The position numbers and the translations under genes are program-made. Under the pieces are notes generated by a model. It ran no database searches. It saw nothing but the letters and a program-made list of their open reading frames with translations, and was not told the origin of the DNA. Below are positions 56,397 through 64,000 of a DNA stretch of 64,000 nucleotides, in pieces (the first letter of the stretch is position 1; the number at the start of each line of letters is the position of its first letter). The stretch is taken from the NCBI RefSeq assembly GCF_009914755.1, contig NC_060926.1, one strand, 5' to 3'. The DNA is from the human T2T-CHM13v2.0 reference genome, Homo sapiens.

Positions 56397-59300
56397 GTAT
56401 AAGCTGTGCTTAACATAATATCCTACCAGTATGTAAGCCCAATGAAGTACAAACTGCATGATTCATAAAATGCTTTAATTTTGCTTTTTTCAACCTCTCT
56501 TCTTTCCTCCCTACACTAGGTCCTTCGTCTCTCCATAACAGTAAACATACATTTTACAGGATATCCTGTAAGTCCAGCCTCATAGGAAAACCGTATACTT
56601 TTCCACCCACAATTCATACTTTCCCATTTCTACAAACCTTAATGCCACTTATAAGGAAAGATCTAATACAAATAATTTTTATCTCTGGAGCCATTTGAAA
56701 CTACAAACACATGCAGAGAAGATTGCTAGTTTTGAACATTCGTTGCAGCACACTAGTTGGGGGATGTAACCCCATTACTGCTAATTTGGTTTCCCATGTG
56801 TTTGTTGCCTTATCACATAGGAATGAGTGTGAATGCAAGCATTTGTTTTGCTGTCCTTTTAATAGAATTATTCCAGTGTCGCTGGATGAATAGAACAATC
56901 TGAATTTCTTTTTTATTGAAGTGGCTAGCATGATTTCTAGATTTCAGTAAGTTACAGGATTAATAGAAAAATGTTGGATCTCTGCTGGAACTCCCTGGAG
57001 GTGGAGAACTTTCCTGCTCTTCCTATCTTAGGGGAAGTCAGGGAATCAATGAAAGTGAATTTCTGAGTGTCCCCCAAAGCCTCCAATTACTTGGTCTTTT
57101 TCTCCATCGCCCTGAATGCCTCAAGTCTCGTTCTTGGGGAGATTCATTTACAAGGAAGCAAAGCAGTTCTAGGATTGTTTCTCTGTAAACCTAATGGTTT
57201 TGTCCTCTTCCTACGAAATCAGCCTCATTGCTGTCATCCTTATTAATCTGTATTTTTTTGCCCTTTTATCCTTTTCTTGCATAGGTTATCTCTTTCAACT
57301 TGTTTCTAGACCTTTTTCTCCCTCACATTATCCAGCTCCTATTAGATGGCTTTCTCCCTACCCCAAAGCAGTGTCCCTCCACCTTGTGACTCTTTTCTCA
57401 AAACACTGCTGTGCTTCAACCACAGTGCATTAAACTTTTTATCATAATCATGCCCATGTCAAAATTCTCTATAATGACTAACAGTCAAGCCTGGGACAGA
57501 ATTTGCGGGGAAAAAGCATGAGTCCCTAAGTTACATGTTGAACACACTGAAGAGCAACTTTTCACTTAATTACTCCCTAAACTGGCTCTCACTCTGGGGG
57601 CTGCTTAGCTCCAGGGTCAAAAGGCAGAGCATTCAAATCACCCTTGCCTTTGACAATTCATACCTATCTTTCTGCTGGTGAGCAGGCCAAGTACAAAAGC
57701 TAAAATCAGCAACAGTAGCACCTTCAAACATAAAGCATGAAGTCCAAACCACTTTGAACTCCCTATGGGAAAAAGTGTTACTGAGGTCAAATGGGTTTTT
57801 TGTGGACCCAGGGAATCTTACGCTTTCTTGAGAGACATAGAAGACATTTTACTATAAAGAGGATTGCATAAATAATGGTTATTAAAGTGCCAAAAATAGT
57901 CAAATGATAGTCATACAACACAGAACCCTTGATGAAATTTTAAAACAAGCCGCCCTCACCTTAATAGGAAAAACATGTGTTTGTTAAACCCATGGGACCA
58001 ATTCTGCTTTTAGTGAAAACTTAGAATTTATGCCTAAGTCAATAAAGCCTGTTCAGAATTGTGTGCATGTGTGTGTGCAGTTGTGTGACGTAGGTGGGTG
58101 TTCTCAGGGTAACAAAGAAGATGCAGATGGGCAGAGGAGTAAAGTAACCTTTTAAGGGAAAGGTTAGAAGCTGGAATGAGGACCAGCCTGTGTTCAGTAA
58201 GTACTCGCCACACCAGTATGGCCATTTATCAGTTGTTGAAGGGCAACATCCATTCTGGTTGATCAATACTCATCCATTACACTGATTACCTATTTCTAAT
58301 ATCACACCCAAAGGGTATCCTAAAGTTTCTCAGCACCCTAAAACCTAACTAGTCTAATAATTTAAATTTACTAGAGAAGGTGTCAAAAGCAATTCATTAT
58401 TTAAAGAGGGGTTTTAACCCCATTTTATAGGGACTATTTCTCTTACTCTCTTTTAGTCATTTACTCAGTGTATCTTTCTTTCACATTTTCACTTGTCCAT
58501 CAAGAAAACCCTATTGAGTGTTGGATGATTAAATGCCAAGTAACAAATAAAAGTTTACTTGTACTAGTTCAAAGAAAGAAGATCGTTTGGAGTAGAGTCA
58601 TTAGGTATCAGTTCATTTAGCATAATTATTATTATACCTAAAATAAACATATAATATGCAGTGAAAATATAAATTTTAAGAACTGAACTATTCTAAGAAT
58701 GAGGAATATATTCAGTCAAATATTCAGAGATAGAGCTACAAAGTACCCAACTCTGTACATAACTCAGTCGAGAAAGGGATTTGCTGGATTCACATAGATA
58801 TTGGAGAAGCAAAGGTCTTCTAAACTAAGGTATGACAAGGACTTAATGTCTAGGGCACAGTCAGACCCTTCTCTTTTCAAATCTCATCTCCACAGCTCTT
58901 TGCAGGTAGATCTCTACTCTCATGCCTCTGCTTGGTGAAGGTTATGGCTTCTGACAGTTCTAAGATCACATCTTTACAGCCTTTTGCCAAAGAGCAAAAA
59001 TGGCTCTTTCTTTCCCAGGTTCAGTCTTTAATATCCAGGGGAAGGATGAGGATTGGTCTGAATAGACTTCCATTCCAAGTGCTACACTTGAAGCATACTA
59101 AGAAAACAGCTTCTTGTCTTAACATGTGGTATTTAATCATTTTATTCATTCAGCCTTTGAGCTTTGACAAGTCTGGGTCTATTGGCAAATGTCAGTAACC
59201 TATAACTAAACGATACAGCTACTATACTGACCAAGGATGCAATGGAACAGAAGACAGGTCTATAGAGGAAAATGCCAGAGTGGTTCATGTGAGTGTGTTT

Positions 59301-59458
59301 GGGAGACAGGTATCCTGGGTGTGAAAGAAGCTTTGCTGTTCACTGGGTATCAGACTCTGGGACAAGTGCTGAACCTCTCCAAGCCCCAATGTCTTCAGAT
59401 GGCAGGCAGTGGTGCTACTTGCCCAAAAAAGGGATTGTAAATCCAAATACAGATCCTC

Positions 59459-59793
59459 TATCCTTTTCTTGCATAGGTTATCTCTTTCAACTCATTTCTA
59501 GATTTTTTTCCTTCCTCACATTATCCAACTCCTACTAGACGGCTTTCTCCCTAACCCAAAACGGTGTCCCTCCACATTAAGATTCTTTTCTCAAAACCCT
59601 GCTGTGCTCCAACCACAGTGCACTAATCTGTAAAACCTCCCTGAAAGGTTACTTGACTCTTCTGTCTACCCATATCTTCTCTATTACCCTAAGAACACAC
59701 ACCACACACACACATGCACACAATCCTGAACGGGCTTCATTGACTTAGGCATAAATTCTAAATTTTAACTGAAAGCAGAAAACTGAAAGCAGA
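59459..59793. repeat. Composite local duplication: direct copy of 57267-57433 joined to an inverted copy of 58002-58159
   Basis: 'tatccttttcttgcataggttatctctttcaact' is identical at 57267 and 59459. 'ttagaatttatgcctaagtcaat' (58021-) is reverse-complemented at about 59739-59761. Confidence 0.95.
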
Positions 59794-59949
59794 CCAGTAC
59801 CTGATACTTGAATCAGACATACATCAAAATATCACATTAATTAACCCTCCTTTTAAGTGTTATAACTTTGCTCTTAAAAGCTATCCAAATGCAATAGGAA
59901 TATTCCCCTCCGGGATCAATGTTAGCAAACCTTGGTGGATATATGATGT

Positions 59950-60355
59950 CCACTGAGTTCTGATCCACCTCATCCCTCATGCTCCCTCATATGACCACAC
60001 CAAATTACTAGCCCTTCTCTGAACCAGAACTGGGTTGACTTCAAGCCTCTGGGCTTTTGCATTTAAGGCGTCTCTGCCTGCATTGTCCTCTCAGGCCAGA
60101 GTTCCCAAGCGTATCTTATGCATCTTGGAAGTCCTAGCTCCTATTCTTCTTCTGGTTTCCCAGAGAAAGTGCAGATTGCCTTCTCCTGCATTTTCTGCAA
60201 TAATTATAACAATCATCATCTTGCATTACAATCTCCGAGAACTTTTTTTATTCTATTAGAATGAGAAAGATGACACTGTGCCGTGTGCTTTTCATTTTAT
60301 TCCTAGAGCTCACAATGACCAGAATATAGTAGGGGATTAATAAATGCTATTGAAA
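59950..60355 (+). mobile_element. L2 3' fragment
   Basis: 'tcaagcctctgggcttttgcatt..tctctgcctg' and 'ttttattcctagagctcacaatgaccagaatatagtagggg..taaatgctattgaa'. Confidence 0.55.
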
Positions 60356-61633
60356 AAGGGGAGGGATTCATTTTCTTTCATTTCAAACTTCGCTTCAGTG
60401 AAGCATAAAGCAGGGATTGCATTTTTTTTAATTAAAAAAAAATACTACAAGATTGTCAGGTCCAAACTGATTTGGGCACAAAGGTGTTGTTGAACAGTGG
60501 ACATTATTATCATTTACCCTCTGAAAGTCATAGCTTTTTTCTAGAGTTCACACCTAAGAACTTAGTACATTACTCCACCAGTCCTTAAGGTAATATACTC
60601 TTTCATCTAAGAGGAATTTCCCCCTTGTTTTAACCAGTGTGATCAGCCCCTGGAAATATTCACAAATCTCAGTCAGAAAGGGAACTTGTTATAGCACACA
60701 GACAAACTGCCATATGTGTGTTATTTCATGCAGTAGAAAGCAAAATACTATAGGGCTGATCAGCTCAAACATCCCTGTACTAATATGTCCAACAGATGTT
60801 GGGAACCTTCTCTCTTTCTATAGGGTGATTTAGATAAATGTGTTATGCTATTCCTTAGAATAAAAAGATGTTTTAAACTTTCATATATATCTATATTTGT
60901 CTTATATATAATTTTTGCTAAACTCCTATTTGACACTTTATAGCTCCTTGCCTTATTTGTTTTTTTTCTCTGTCCACACTCATAACCTAGGATTAAATGT
61001 GAGAATTTTCAAGTAATTGCTCTGAGAATACATTTAAATTTCATTTACACTAGGCAATTTGAGAACTTAGCATCTTTATAAGGTAAGCCTAAGATCTTAC
61101 AACACTTGCCTAATCAGTATGAAGCAGAGAGGAATAAACAGCCCACTGCATTTCCAGAGTGTTTAAAAACAATTTTCCTCTTCAACAGCTCCAAAGCAAT
61201 TATACCTCAAAAGATCCCTAACCTCACAAAATATGCATTAGGTTAAAACTTCTGAAGGAAAAAAGCTTTAAAAATGTAACATACCATACCGACTACATGA
61301 AATATTTGTACTATGTGATACTAAGTGACCATCCATTCTCCAAGACTTATGAGAATAAAATTGGGTTTGTTTTTCCTACAAATAAAACTTTGTTTCTAAG
61401 TAGTATAATGTTAATTCTATGATTAAAGACATAAAACTTTAGCTATTTTTTCACATATATGCAAAAGTAATTTTAACTAAAATCTTTTGAGATACATCAT
61501 TTTATTCATTCAACTACTTTATTCTGTACAAGAGCTATTCTAAGACCCCATAACAGATATTGCAGTTATGGTTAAAATATAATCTAAAAAAATACAGTCT
61601 GGCTTTCAAAACAGTAAATATAAGACATATCCA

Positions 61634-62010
<377 letters not shown>

Positions 62011-62185
62011 TTAGATGAGGCCAACACACTGGAGCAAGGCAGGCTCTGGTGGCCCCCGTGCTGGGTACTGAAGGGCAGGGAAGATTTCTGGTTGAATGAG
62101 ATGGTGACAGAACATTCTACACAAAAGGAAGAGTATAAACAAAGGTAGATAGCTGGAGAAACATGAATTATACTCAGGATTGAGA

Positions 62186-62500
62186 CAAGAAGTCTCAAAA
62201 TGGAAGCTCACAGGCCAAATCCAACCCATGGATATATTTTTAAATTATGCTACAGATTAATTTTTTAATTCAACTGACAGCATTCAAAAATTGATAAATT
62301 TCATATACAAATTCAAGTGCCTAGCTTTATGTTAAAAAATTAAAGATCCAGCAATGGTCAGCAAACATTTTCCCATGAACACCATTGGCAGGAACTTAGT
62401 AGAAGTATTTACACACACCCCTGCTTGCCAGTTTCTTCCTCTCCCTTTCGCCTCATAGTTCCCAGGGTACTCATTTCCATGACCCAATGGCCCCTTAGGT
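62186..62500. mobile_element. MER102-like hAT-Charlie remnant
   Basis: 'ctcacaggccaaatccaaccc..aatttcatatacaaattcaag..aaagatccagcaa'. Confidence 0.5.
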
Positions 62501-62759
62501 ATTGTCCGAATGGATAGCCTCATGTAAAAATCAATTCACCAGAAGAGATGACAAGGGAAATAATGATAGATAATATTTGTACATAGGAAAGAATCCAAGT
62601 TACAGAAAGCATCTAACACCATGCTAAAGACTTTGGATTTAATTAACAGAAATCAGAAACAAAAAGATCTTAGGAGTAACATGATCAAGGTTGTGTTTTA
62701 AGGAATTCCATCTGGAGGCAAGGACAGGATGTCTTGGAATGCAGAGAGAGGAAGCCAGT

Positions 62760-63230
62760 AACAACAATAACAAAAGCCGTCATTTACTGAATTCTACCAA
62801 TATTTTCAGAAACTATTAAAACTTAATACATACCATCCTCGACAGCTTGAAATCCCAGCTCTACCTCCTACTAGCTATGTGACATTAGATCAAATTATTT
62901 AACCTCTCTCAGTCTTAATTTGTAACCTGTGAAATAGTGCCTAACATAAATATATTTGTGAGCATTAAATGCATTCACCCATTTAAAGTGCAAAGAACAG
63001 TGCTTGGCCCATATAAACAGTCCAACTAATTGTAATTATATATTCTTTTCTCTTTCATTCTCAAATATGGAATATATTAATTTTCTCATTTTATTGGAGA
63101 GAAAAATGATATTCAGTAATTTGAAAAATTTTGCCCAAGAGAAACAGCTATGACACGGAAGAGGCTCATGTCCAAAGCAAGCCATGATCTGGGCTCTTCA
63201 CTGCATTATGTCACTTTCTATTGACAAAGC
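62760..63230. mobile_element. MIR fragments (one + copy nested in a - copy)
   Basis: 'aatcccagctctacctcctactagctatgtgac..tttaacctctctcagtct..gaacagtgcttggc' and 'cattttattggagagaaaaatga..ttgcccaaga'. Confidence 0.65.
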
Positions 63231-63513
63231 TTTGGGAGAATCACTGAGTCTCATTTTCCAAATGGCAGGTTGAACTGGCTCACTGGATGATCGAGAAGAT
63301 CCATTATTATCCTCATGCTCTGACTACATTTTTTTTCTAGAAATTGGCCCATTCTGGATCACAGAACAAGGAAAGGAAGGAAAGAACTAGACTACTTCTT
63401 ATAATTAGGTGGTTTTATTGAGTCTACCTCTCATCAGCCCCTCCCTTGACACTCTAGATGTCACTGACCTACTTTAGATCTTTATTACCAACCATGGAGC
63501 CTAGGAAAGATAA

Positions 63514-64000
<487 letters not shown>

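Overview
This is a gene-poor, AT-rich mammalian window with no credible protein-coding exon, RNA gene, CpG island or CRISPR-type structure. It is almost certainly human, because it contains an AluYb8 at 46990-47309. Much of it is interspersed repeat: about 19 Alus, L1 fragments of several ages, L2/MIR, MaLR and ERVL LTRs (some nested 3-4 deep), an LTR16/ERV3-16A3-type provirus remnant with a readable RT fossil, and DNA transposons (MER58, MER45, MER94, MER102-like, Ricksha). The ORFs in the supplied track look like repeat- or low-complexity-derived artefacts or chance ORFs. The most distinctive signal is a recurrent set of old, locally templated copy events visible directly in the sequence: 8123-8434/9846-10161 with an adjoining nested palindrome; 21923-22104/23462-23643 flanking a 3'UTR-like insert; 52287-52320 copied into 53653-53693; and a composite direct+inverted insertion at 59459-59793. 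There is also a young L1PA that inserted nearly in register into an old L1, a roughly 620-bp homopurine VNTR and a candidate homeodomain-rich enhancer. I found no evidence for a new protein-coding system. Repeat family names are from recognition of consensus motifs, not a RepeatMasker run.
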